Origin: Mobula hypostoma
Taxonomy: Eukaryota
NCBI RefSeq assembly: GCF_963921235.1
Contig: NC_086106.1
Location: forward strand, 25,792,001-25,856,000
Length of the DNA: 64,000 nt
Direction: 5' to 3'
The notes under the pieces were generated by a model that had not been told where the DNA came from, searched no databases, and saw nothing but the letters and a program-made list of their open reading frames with translations. The stretch's first letter is position 1. Each line of letters begins with the position of its first letter. Shown in pieces: positions 13,182 through 23,421 of the stretch. Both the position numbers and the translations under genes were made by a program.

Positions 13182-13318
13182 NNNNNNNNNNNNNNNNNNN
13201 NNNNNNNNNNNNNNNNNNNNNNNNNNNNNNNNNNNNNNNNNNNNNNNNNNNNNNNNNNNNNNNNNNNNNNNNNNNNNNNNNNNNNNNNNNNNNNNNNNNN
13301 NNNNNNNNNNNNNNNNNN
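13182..13318. other. Assembly gap (N run)
   Basis: 137 Ns. Further gaps at 36807-36967 and 45850-45995; all lie where paralogs carry CT-rich tracts. Confidence 0.99.
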
Positions 13319-13899
13319 CTACCTACCTTCCTCTCTCTCTCCGTCTCAACCCGAATATTAATCTCAAGTTTTTTTCGATTTATCCACCTCTTTTGCTCGC
13401 TCTATCAGCTCATTCTCGTTTACATTAGCATTCTACCCTGCTCTCTCCATTCTTACACTATGTGACACCATGAGAAGCAACGTATTATTGATTCATTCGC
13501 AACATTTTGACTTTCAGCTGTTTCTGTTATCTAAAATCATCAGGATTTTAAGTTATTGACCAATACCTCTCAATCTTTCAGCATTCCGCTGGATATTCCT
13601 TGTCAATAGCACACCAAATATTTATTCCTGTGGACCAGCTGGGCTTGGATGCTGAGGGGATCCCGTAGGCACCCGTTAGAGCAAGCAAACACTGCGAACA
13701 CTGTGGTGTCTGGATCCTGTATCGCTGTGGAAATTTGAGGGCTGCTCTGCGAACGCTATTCAGCGGTGTCCGGCACAACGTTCCCGAAGATATTTAAACG
13801 CAAACAACAGGAATTCTGCAGATGCTGGAAATTCAAGCAACATACATAAAAGTTGCTGGTGAACGCAGCAGGCCAAGCAGCATCTATAGGAAGAGGCGC

Positions 13900-13935
13900 A
13901 GTCGACGTTTCAGGCCGAGACCCTTCGTCAGGACT
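13900..13935 (-). ncRNA. Minimal type-I hammerhead ribozyme motif
   Basis: Reverse complement reads agtc-CTGACGA-agggtctcggcct-GAAA-cg-TC-gact: stem I agtc/gact, stem II hairpin, palindromic ACGT stem III. Confidence 0.75.
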
Positions 13936-14010
13936 AACTGAAAGAAGAGTGAGTAAGGGATTTGAAAGCTGGAGGGGGAGGGGGAGATCTTACTCACTCT
14001 TCCTTCAGTT

Positions 14011-14046
14011 AGTCCTGACGAAGGGTCTCGGCCTGAAACGTCGACT
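14011..14046 (+). ncRNA. Minimal type-I hammerhead ribozyme motif
   Basis: agtc-CTGACGA-agggtctcggcct-GAAA-cg-TC-gact read directly on the plus strand. Confidence 0.75.
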
Positions 14047-14769
14047 GCGCCTCTTCCTATAGATGCTGCTTGGCCTGCTGCGTTCACCAGCAACTTTGAT
14101 GTATGTTGCGAAGATATTTAAGCCTTTTTTGCCCAGAGACCAGAAAAACTGTACAGACTGTCCTCGAGTAGACCAAAATCTCCAATCTTGAATATTCTCA
14201 TCGGTTTTCCAGTATATTCAACACACAACATACAGGCTCTGCCAGATTCCAAGCCACTACAACTCACTGACATGGTCTGCCCTTCCACATTCATTAAACC
14301 CTCCTATTTGTACACAAAATCTGCCCCACTTCTCCCTGTAAGAAGCACGAACGTGTGAGGGGCATCGGAACGCAGTGATCCTGCAGGACACATTCAACAG
14401 ACAAAGTAGTCGATACAGAGCAATTCCAGGGGGTGGTTGTACGGGAACATGGTACATTGCATAATGTAAACAAAGCTGGATTTGAAGATATTACTGCAAC
14501 AAAAGAGAAGTAATTCTAGTAAAGATAAGCAGAAAGTTCCCGAGAGAATCAGCGCTTACGTTTCGAAGAATATGCAGATTTTATTTCTAAATTCGGGCAC
14601 TATAGCAATCCTAAGACTGCAGTGGAGTAAATCGACTCCTCCTTCAACTCCCCTCCATGCATTTTGCTTCCGCCTCACTCCGTCATGCTCCTGTTCGTCT
14701 TTTTCTGTTCCTCTCTTTTACTATCACTTTAAAGAGGAAGTTAAACTGCTATTAAACATTATTACACAT

Positions 14770-15120
14770 CAGGTGATTACACATGAGTCTGACTACAGAG
14801 TACAGCGAGGAAATTAAGAACCTGGTGGCATGGTGCGAAGATAATAACCTATCCCTCAACGTGAGCAAGACGAATGAATTGGTTGTTGACTTCAGAAGGA
14901 GTAGTGGACCGTACGCCCATTTTACATCGGTGGTTCGCAAGTGGAACAGGTGAAATGCTTGAACTTCCTGGGGGTCAATATCACAAATGACCTGACTTGG
15001 TCCAACCAAGCAGAGTCCATTGCCAAGAAGGTACGCCAGCCTTCCTGAGAAAGCTAAGGAAATTTGACCGGTCCCCTAACACCCTCACTAACTTTTTGAG
15101 ACGCACCGTACAAAGCATTT
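14770..15120 (+). mobile_element. Rex1/Babar-like LINE RT C-terminal fragment
   Basis: Translates as LVAWCEDNNLSLNVSKTNELVVDFRR...FLGVNITNDLTWS...FLRKLRKF (frameshifted). Confidence 0.75.
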
Positions 15121-15134
15121 CCACGAACGGTTTT

Positions 15135-15611
15135 ACAGAAATGCCAGAATTCAACATAAGAGCTTGAGCGCTTTGCAACTGAGCCGTCCAGCTGCCTTTA
15201 TGCAAACTAGTGATAAATCTCCCTGGGCGCATCTGGATGCCGCTCCATTACTACTGTGCTATAATTTGCTTCAGCAAATAACTTCGAGTTTCTCCACAAT
15301 TTAAATGCATCAGCGTAAATGTAATCACATTTGAGTGTTATGGTCTATCCTCTCTCAGCCTTTCAGTTGGAAGGATCCGGCGTCACTGAATCTTTCCCAC
15401 TCGTTTCTGCAATAAAGGACACAATGCATCAACATAGCTGGCTTGTATTGAACGCCGGGGAAATTCGCTGGCCAACTTCGCAGACTACCCAGGCAACACA
15501 GCCAATGCAATCAGTCTAAAACAGAGATTAGATTAGATTCAACTTTATTGTCGTTATGCCGAGTACAGGTACAAAGCCAATGAAATGCATTTATTAAGAG
15601 AGGGAAAGCAT
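15135..15611 (-). pseudogene. TCR V pseudogene, family A (RSS lost, leader interrupted)
   Basis: Acceptor at 15407-15409; exon homologous to the 18.2 kb V with internal deletions; 3' end abuts the LINE fragment; the leader (ATG 15611) carries a ~70-bp retroelement tail insertion at about 15526-15598. Confidence 0.82.
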
Positions 15612-15891
15612 GGTGTCTAATCTTTGTCTCGATCGAACGGCAGATTTATTCCAGGACGTAATTAACACTCAACAGATATTGTGGTGGGAGATCGTGTCAG
15701 CACTACCTTCACTTTGCACAAGGCCGGGAGCGTTTCTCTGGTTAAAGATTCACTGACTGGAAGAACCGAAAACTTTCCGAGCACCGAACAGAATCAGCAA
15801 CTTTCCGAGCACCGAACAGAATCAGCTCCGTTTCCATTCGTCATTCTGCTCGTTTCTCCGTTCGTTCAAGGGCGCATGAACACCACACCAC

Positions 15892-15964
<73 letters not shown>

Positions 15965-18050
15965 GATGCCAATGGGAGAGATGGAGAAATTACTGCCTAT
16001 TCCCAGATGAGCATATCGGTATAAAAAGAATGCTTAATACTGACTGTAACATCAAAACAGTGAGAGCTGATTCCTCTCTTGCTTTTGAACCAGCCATATC
16101 AGTCTCCAATTTATTAGTGGGAGAGAGAGCAAGAATGCCTGTGAAACGATGAAATGTTGCAGTAAACAGCTAGCTTTGTTGTACTGTAGACCAAGCCACT
16201 CTTTGTGTTTGTGGTTGTTTCGATGGTGATTGGTGGTGGAAATGCTGATGCTTTATGCTAGAATAAATGAGAGAGGCAGAAGCTGGTTAGGTTAATGCTG
16301 CTTGTCGCTGATTGAGCGACGGATATGGCAGGGGACTTTTAGGTTCTTATCTTTTTTTCTGATATTGATGCTTTGAGTTTTTGTTCTGTTTTAAGGATGT
16401 CTGTGGAGACTTAAATTTCAAGTTGTGCATTTTCTACCTCTCTGATTTTAGGCGGAACCATTCAAACAAGCTGGACATTCGTTTCGCTGCCCCCTGGTAC
16501 ATCTGACAACAACAAATGATATACATAAACCAGTTTCATGTAACTGTCAGCGTCTGCAAAGTGAAGGAATATGTCAGGCTGTCCTTCATTAGTTCATTGA
16601 ACATGGGTTGAGCAGGAAAGTGGCGGTGGTGATGGACTGCAGAGCGCCTATCATGACACCCTGGCGATATCTGGTGTCATGTCCCAGGGATTCGGTTCGA
16701 TTCCGACCTTCCGGTGTGTTGCGGATACTTACATGCTCAGCTTCCACAATTCCCGAGTTGCTGTGTTTTCCACTGCCCGAAAAGGACGCTCTGGATAGCA
16801 CGTGTTCGTGATCGGAGATCACTGAATGTACATGTTAAGAGGAATTTGTGAAATTGGACAGACAAATCAGTTGACAATAAGACCATTAGATATAGGAACT
16901 GAAGTAGGCCATTTGGCTTGTCGAGTCAGATCCGTCATTTCAGAGGAGAAGATACACTAAACATATAATTAAAATGAGATTTTCAAAAAGTCGAAATATA
17001 CCTTTGGAAACAGATGCTATCAGTTTGTGCTCCTTCGACAGTAACGGGACGTTCTCACTGTTTTTCTCTGTCATCCATGAGAAAAAAACAAAGTTCTCAA
17101 AGCAAGTTCCATGAAACAACAATAGACTATTCCCACTTGCAAGAGTACTAAACGGCAGCATGGAATTGAATCTTAATCTTGGTATGAACTATCTCTCTAT
17201 TACCTGCCTGCTCTGTTTTTTAATACGTCTGTTACAGTTTATTTATGTATCCTTTTATTGTTTTACTTTGTAGTCACTCAATAAGCTGTGCAGTGAATTC
17301 ATCTGGACAAACAGAATCAATGCAATAATGCGTCAATAATTAACGATATCCGTTTTCAATTCAGATATGTAGCAAAATGCTGCACGTGGTGATAACATCG
17401 GATCCGTTCAATCCGACTGGGAAACCAGATTATACTAGCAATCAATCTTTTATGATACCATTCCCTCTCTCTTCCTTCGTTCGCTTTTATACTGAAAATG
17501 CCTTCAAAAATATGAATCTCGGGGTAGTATGCGGTCACGTATATATACTTTAATCATAAATTTAATTCAAACATTGAACTTTTTTCTCACAGCTTGGGAA
17601 TGCAACGACCAAACGAGTATCTGCATTCTCCAACACGCTAGGCATCCGCTGGTTCTGCCGAATTATCTAAATACTCAGTATAAATTGTAAGTAGCTGCTG
17701 CAACATCCTTAATTTCAGTAGCATGTCACTTGCAGTTACTTGTCAATTCGCAAACGTCTAACTTTCACACCCTCTGTTTTCCTTTAGTCAGCCGTTGTAC
17801 CATTTAAATATATCCCGGTTCCACTGCGTCCTCATTATTTCACACTGCAGGTACTTGAACAAAGTGGCCAAAGACGATGTCAGACAAGGCTGTCAATCGT
17901 GATCAGCCGTTGCGGCAAAAGGTGGTGGGTGATTGCACATTGCGGTATCCCAGAAAGTTATAAAGCTGAGTTTGTGTCCGCGTTGTAATCAGGAACTGCT
18001 CCTTTAGCTTCGGCGCCTTCTGCTGCTGAATGCAGTGGTCTGAAGTAGGG

Positions 18051-18118
18051 CACGTGACTGTGACTGATTTCCGGGCGCGCCCTCTGCAGATTCCTCGGAA
18101 AAAGGCGCCCTCCAGTGA
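18051..18118 (-). promoter_or_regulatory. E-box (CACGTG) plus CTCF-like motifs downstream of RSS
   Basis: CACGTG 18051-18056; gcgccctctgcaga 18077-18090; gcgccctccagtga 18105-18118, matching the CTCF core consensus in reverse complement. Confidence 0.65.
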
Positions 18119-18142
18119 GAGCTTTTTGCAGTATACAGAACC

Positions 18143-18181
18143 AGTTTTTGCACGGAGCCGACGTCCCCATATAACAGTGTG
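18143..18181 (-). other. 23-RSS of intact V at 18.2 kb
   Basis: CACACTG (18181-18175), 23-bp spacer, GCAAAAACT (18151-18143). Confidence 0.92.
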
Positions 18182-18613
18182 GTACCCATTGCACAGAGAT
18201 ACATGGCAGAGTCCGACACAAGAGCTTCATGGATATTCAATTGAGACGTCTTGCTGCCTTTCTGTAAAGTAGCGGTAAACCTCTCTGGGCAATCAGAATG
18301 CCGCTGCATTTCTCCTGTGCTATATAGCTTCAGCAAATAATTTGGAGGTCCTCCACTATGTTGAATGTACCAAAATATATCTGGATTAGCGAGGGTGTAA
18401 CTACAATTCATTGTTACGTTCTGTCCTTCCTCAGTCGTTACATCGGGAGTATCCTGCGTCACTGAATATTGCCCACTCGTTCCTGCAAGAAAGGACAGAA
18501 TATAACAACAACGCTGGCTTGTATTGAATGCCGGGAAAACTCGCTAGCCAGCTTCGCTGAGACTCACCAGGCAGCACAGCCAATGCAATCAGCAATGAAC
18601 AGAGGGAAATCAT
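18182..18613 (-). CDS. TRAV: Intact TCR alpha/delta-type V gene segment, family A (leader 18613-18568, V exon 18482-18182)
   Basis: MISLCSLLIALAVLPG/TSGQYSVTQDTPDVTTEEGQNVTMNCSYTLANPDIFWYIQHSGGPPNYLLKLYSTGEMQRHSDCPERFTATLQKGSKTSQLNIHEALVSDSAMYLCAMG; GT-AG 85-bp intron, canonical Cys/Trp/Cys, good RSS. The alpha vs delta assignment is inferred. Confidence 0.92.
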
Positions 18614-18785
18614 GCTGTCTAATTTCTGGCTGAATCGAACGGCAGATTCCTTCCAGGGCTATACTATCACAAGAGATATTGTGGCAGGAGATATTTTTTA
18701 GCGATACCTTTCACCTTGTGTAAAACTGGAGGTGTTTGTCTGGTTAAAAGATTGGCTGACAGAAAGAACCGAGCCTTCCTGAGCA

Positions 18786-18826
18786 CCAATCAGAAGCTGC
18801 TTTGTATCCGAACGTCATTCGTCATT
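18786..18826 (-). promoter_or_regulatory. V promoter module: CRE-like TGACG half-sites plus Y-box
   Basis: ccaat 18786-18790; cgtca 18813-18817 and 18820-18824; about 175-210 bp upstream of the ATG; shared with the 10.8 kb and 45.8 kb copies. Confidence 0.6.
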
Positions 18827-19534
18827 CTGCCTGCATTGAAATACTTATTCAAAGGTCATCAAGAGTTCATCCAGATACTTCCAAATCTTTGTTTGCTGCT
18901 AGGATGCCAATTTCTTATCTACGCTAATAGACTCCTGTCAGCACTTTCTGTGTAGCCACCACTTCCTTCATAAAACAAAAAAACCTCACATGTGGCATTT
19001 TCCTTGTAATTTCTTCCATTCGCCTCAAGATTTCGTCCTCTCGCATGAGCCATTTCCACCCTTAGGACAAAGCGCTAGTTGTCCACTTTATTATGACCCT
19101 TATCATATCATACACAGCTATTAAGTGACCCCTTACCTTCAGTCGTTCCAAAAACAAAGGTCCTTGCTCCCAGAAACTGAATGTCCCGTGGAATATAAAT
19201 GCACTTGCGGATGTGTAACTGAATTTCAACATTACGATTCGTTCTCCTTTAATCGTCGATGAAGAGAGATAAATCTTTCCCAGACGATTCTGCAAAAGAG
19301 GGACAAAATGACTGAACATTCAATGCCCCCATTGCACATGCGAGACACCAGCTCACTATTTGTACAAAGGTAGGCCGAGCAGCATAACCCATATTATCGG
19401 TAAGGATCTGGAAGCACATAGTGTCTACTTTCAGGCGAAATGTGAGCCAGATTACATTCAAGAAGCTGATACCATATACTGGTGAAAATTATGTCAGATA
19501 CGCTACACCCAATCACTTTGTGAGAAACCTCCGT

Positions 19535-20665
19535 TGTTGTAAGAGGATGTTTAAGGAGCCGACCCAAAAGCAAGACACAGACACCGAAGTACGAGGAACT
19601 GGACTAAGATTATCAAGAATGCAAGGGAAGTTGGGAAGCAGGATTGATCAGAGGGTAATCCAGGAAAGAACAAAGCGTAAGCAGGGATAAGCGTAGCTAG
19701 ACACGGACACAGGCCCTGGACTAGAGTAGCACTCAGGTCCTGGGACAGGACTTGCACTAGGAGCACAGGCCCGGACGTGGAACTTGGAACAAGGAGCCTG
19801 GACTAGGAACTCGGAACTCCGGAACTGGACTCTGGGCAAGGAAGCTGGGTCTTATCTCGGACCCGGAACCCAGGCCTAGGCTAGGACTCGGGACTATGAT
19901 CTTGGCTAGGACTCGGGAGGAGGACTTGGATCGAACTTGAAATTCAACTAGGACTTGGATCGGAATTGAAACTCGACTGGGACCTGGAACACGAATCCTT
20001 GACCTGGACTGGATTGGAACACGAAGCCTTGACTTGGACTGGACTGTAACACGAAACACAGAGCCGGGACCCCTCCTTGGATACAGGATATGGGGCCGGG
20101 GCACATCTTAGACACGGAACTCCGAGCCACGAGCCCTCCTTGGGGAAAAAACGTAGGGCAGGGACACTTCTTATGCACAGAACACTGAACACGAAGAGAC
20201 AGATCTCGACTCAAGCTAGCGGCAAACAGCTGGCCCTACCAAGCGAAGGCGAGGACACGAGGAGACAAGTCTACACAACAATAGACTGTTCCTTATATTA
20301 ACGACACAAGGCTCCAGTCTCACACCGGCGGGTTATTGACGGGGATTCTGACGAAGTCACAGACGAGGTCGCAGACAAGTTCGCAGACGAGGTCACTAAA
20401 GAGGTCACTGACGAAGGTTGCTGACAAGGTTTACGAGCAGGTTTCAAACGAGGTTACAGACGAGGTAACTCACGGGTTTCTGAAGGGAACGGTCCAGCCG
20501 TTATCAATGGACCCCAGAGCAATTTATGTTGCCAGCCCGAGACGAGAATCAGGTGCCTCAGTTAAGGCCCCCCACGGAACAAGGGAAAAACGAAATAACC
20601 GGAGTACCAAATCCACGGACCGGACCGTGAACCGGAATGGTCACTTCGCTGAATGGACCGTAACA
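19535..20665. mobile_element. Solo LTR (TGTT...AACA, 5-bp TSD tccgt)
   Basis: TSD at 19530-19534 and 20666-20670; the paralogous site near 46888 is empty (aaacctccgtaatttg); internal short tandem repeats. Confidence 0.82.
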
Positions 20666-20973
20666 TCCGTAAGTTTGTCTTCTAAATGAGAGCTGAACCA
20701 GGGAAATCAGAACTGAACCTATTTAGCTAGCGATCTGAATGGAACTGCGACACTTTCAGTTTCTTAATAATTTACTCTAATTCTAATGTATGTGCCGATG
20801 TCACAACTCCGTCCTTCGTTGTGCTTTAAATGATACTTCTTTTCTAGCAATGGATCTCCGTCCTTGGTCCGTCTTTCGTGACTCTCTTAAATTTTCGTCA
20901 CCATTGCACGTTGTGTCTGTCTCTGTAGGCCAATCTAGTCCGTTATTTGTCTACCCTACAGCCCCGCCGTCCA

Positions 20974-21022
<49 letters not shown>

Positions 21023-21568
21023 CACGCTCCCTAGCTCTGTGGGTACATCCGTTTACAAGCGGCAGTTGACTCGGTATTCCGGTATTCATTGTCAATATGA
21101 AAAACAGCAATTGTTCTCCACTTTTAAGAAGCTAATGTTAATAAAGTCCATCTGAAATTTATCTTCATCAGAAGGATTTACATGACAGCTTAGCCGATGC
21201 TGTCCAGTCACATGCACCCTCCGTATCTCCAGGTTGCACTCATCTTCACTGTAAATCCCGCAAGCTCGTCAAAAATTATGTCCAGCCAAATGTTAACCAC
21301 ATAATATTGTTATAGGCAACAGACACACAATATTGTTATGGACACTGAGATATAGTGAAAAATGTTTCGGAAAAATGTCACAGTAATCGGAGGTAGAGCT
21401 GAATTCAAGAAGTGTTCTTCAATGTTTGGCGCATTTTGCTGCTAAATGCAGCATTTTAAGTCGACAGGGTGATCCTTATGCTTTGTGCGTGCGGCTGTTC
21501 CTGTCTCCCAGCTAAGGTGCCCTCTAGTGATCACGAATCCGGACCCGCGGTGTCCCTGCAATTCTGTA

Positions 21569-21999
21569 GAGTGCATTGCACAGTGGTATACACCAGAGTC
21601 TGGGACAAAAACTCCAGATATATATATAAATGAGCTGACTCTGCCTCTGCGTATATCAGCTGAAATTCTCGCCGAACATTCTGGAGGTTGCACCAGTGTT
21701 CCTGAGCCATATACATTCAGCATTTACTTTTGAAGATATTCCGCGATGCTAAGTGTATCAAAAATATTTGCATTAGTTCTTGTGTAATTGCAGTTTAGCG
21801 TTATGAGCTGACTTTCGTCAGCCGTTAATTTGGTAGCATGCTAGATCACCGAACCTTTCTCTCTCGTTCCTGCATTAAAGAACGAAATTCACTAATATCC
21901 CTGACTTGCACTGAACTCACGTGGCACTCTCTGGTCATATGTGCAACTGTTGCCTGTCACAATGACGAATGTAATGAATAAGAACCAAAGGGAGCACAT
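21569..21999 (-). pseudogene. TCR V pseudogene, family B
   Basis: Leader MCSLWFLFITFVIVT (21999-21954, GC donor); V exon 21869-21569 with an early TAG and frameshift at the conserved Trp, ending YISGVFVPDSGVYHCAMH; heptamer degenerate (TACAGAA). Confidence 0.87.
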
Positions 22000-23421
22000 G
22001 CTTCTGGCTTCAGCCTCGACAGGACGGCGGATAACTTCCAAGAAATTATCGCTATAGCAGACGTTAGGGAATAAAATTGTATCACAAAGGATTTCACGGT
22101 GCCCTGCTCAACGATTGGTCGAGAATACGGAGCAGGTGCTCTATGAACGCGAAGAAGAATCGGATTTCGTTGATTTTCGCTCTCTGCCTTTCCCCCCACA
22201 CTGTAAAACTTCCTCCGCATCTCTCTCTCTTTTTCCCTCCTCTCTCTCCACTCTCTATCTCTCTCTATCTATCTATTTATCTGTCTTTCTCTCTTTCTTG
22301 CTCTTTCTCTCTGTCTCTCTTTCTCACTCTCTTGCTCTTTTCCCGCCTTGTTCTCTGACACTTCAGCTCTCTTTCCGAACATTGATTTCTATTTATCTAC
22401 CTCTTTTGTTCCCTCCATGAATTCATTCTCGCTCCATTTGCCTCTGCTCTCTCCCTTCTGACACCATGTCACTCCATGCTAACCAGCGTATTACTGAGTC
22501 ATCCACCATGTTATGACTTTCTATTGGTCCTGCTATTTATCTTATCAATAGCCTTTTAATTCATTGACGAAATACCTTTCAATCTATCAGCATCCCGCTA
22601 GATATTGCTTGTCAATAGCACACCAAATATTTACTCCCTAATATTTTTCCATAAGTGAGCCAATCTCCTGTACATTGCAATAGACTCAATTGAGAATTTA
22701 TTTTCTGCAGTTGCCTTCGGCCTCACATCTTAATGGCTCCTTTCGCAGAATATAAAGACCCTTTAATTCCTGTTCACCGGGTGCCATGACGGAAATCATG
22801 CGAAGTGTTCAAAGTCGTGACCGTGTATTGTAGACAACAAGAGGAAATGGATATTGTGATGTCTCGGAAGTCTTTTAAATTCTTATGTGTACCGACAAAC
22901 TGAATTTAGGCCTAGCCGCCTGCGATCCTGAGAGTTGCCAGGTTAAGGCGAACGAGAGACCCTCCTTCGTTTCCGCGTCTATTCTTAATTCGTTTTCTTG
23001 TCAGCGCTCTGTACACTAGCTAGCGACTGTATTGCCGTGTCGCTTAATCCCCTTTAACGGTGCGTGCTGCATGGCAGAAAGATACAATGAAGAGTCCGAC
23101 TTAAGAGCCTCGGTGATGTATCATTGAACTATCTTCGTTCATTTCGCAAACCAGTGGTAAATAGCAAAACATATTTTCGATGTTTCTACGTTTCTAAGTT
23201 TCTATGTCTTGACGTGCCCATGTGTCTCGCTTCCGACGGAATCAGAAAGACCATAAGACCATAAGATATAGCTACAGAAGTACGTCATTTAGCCCATCGA
23301 GTCTGTTTTGCATTCAATCATGGGCCGATCCAATTCTTCCAGTCATCGCCATTCCTCTGCCTTCTCTCCATACCCTTTGGTGTTCATGCTAATCAAGAAC
23401 TTAGCTCTCTCAGCCATAAAT

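Larger units (their letters stand above)
13798..14108. mobile_element. Penelope-like pLTR insertion forming an inverted repeat, 13-bp TSD
   Basis: Arms at about 13837-13958 and 13990-14109 are near-perfect reverse complements; direct repeat cgaagatatttaa at 13785-13797 and 14109-14121; the paralogous site near 49933 is empty. Confidence 0.88.

Noticed and set aside
15765-15825. Tandem 28-bp duplication in a V promoter
   Set aside because: The CCAAT is mutated (ccgaa) in both units and the linked V is a pseudogene.
20340-20470. CRISPR-like repeat array
   Set aside because: Short 12-bp-period tandem repeat without unique spacers, inside an LTR in a vertebrate genome.
21579-21613. Perfect CACAGTG plus ACAAAAACT embedded in inverted orientation in the 3' end of a V exon (V-replacement-like cryptic RSS)
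   Set aside because: The spacer is 19 bp, neither 12 nor 23; it lies in a dead pseudogene and other B copies lack the heptamer.
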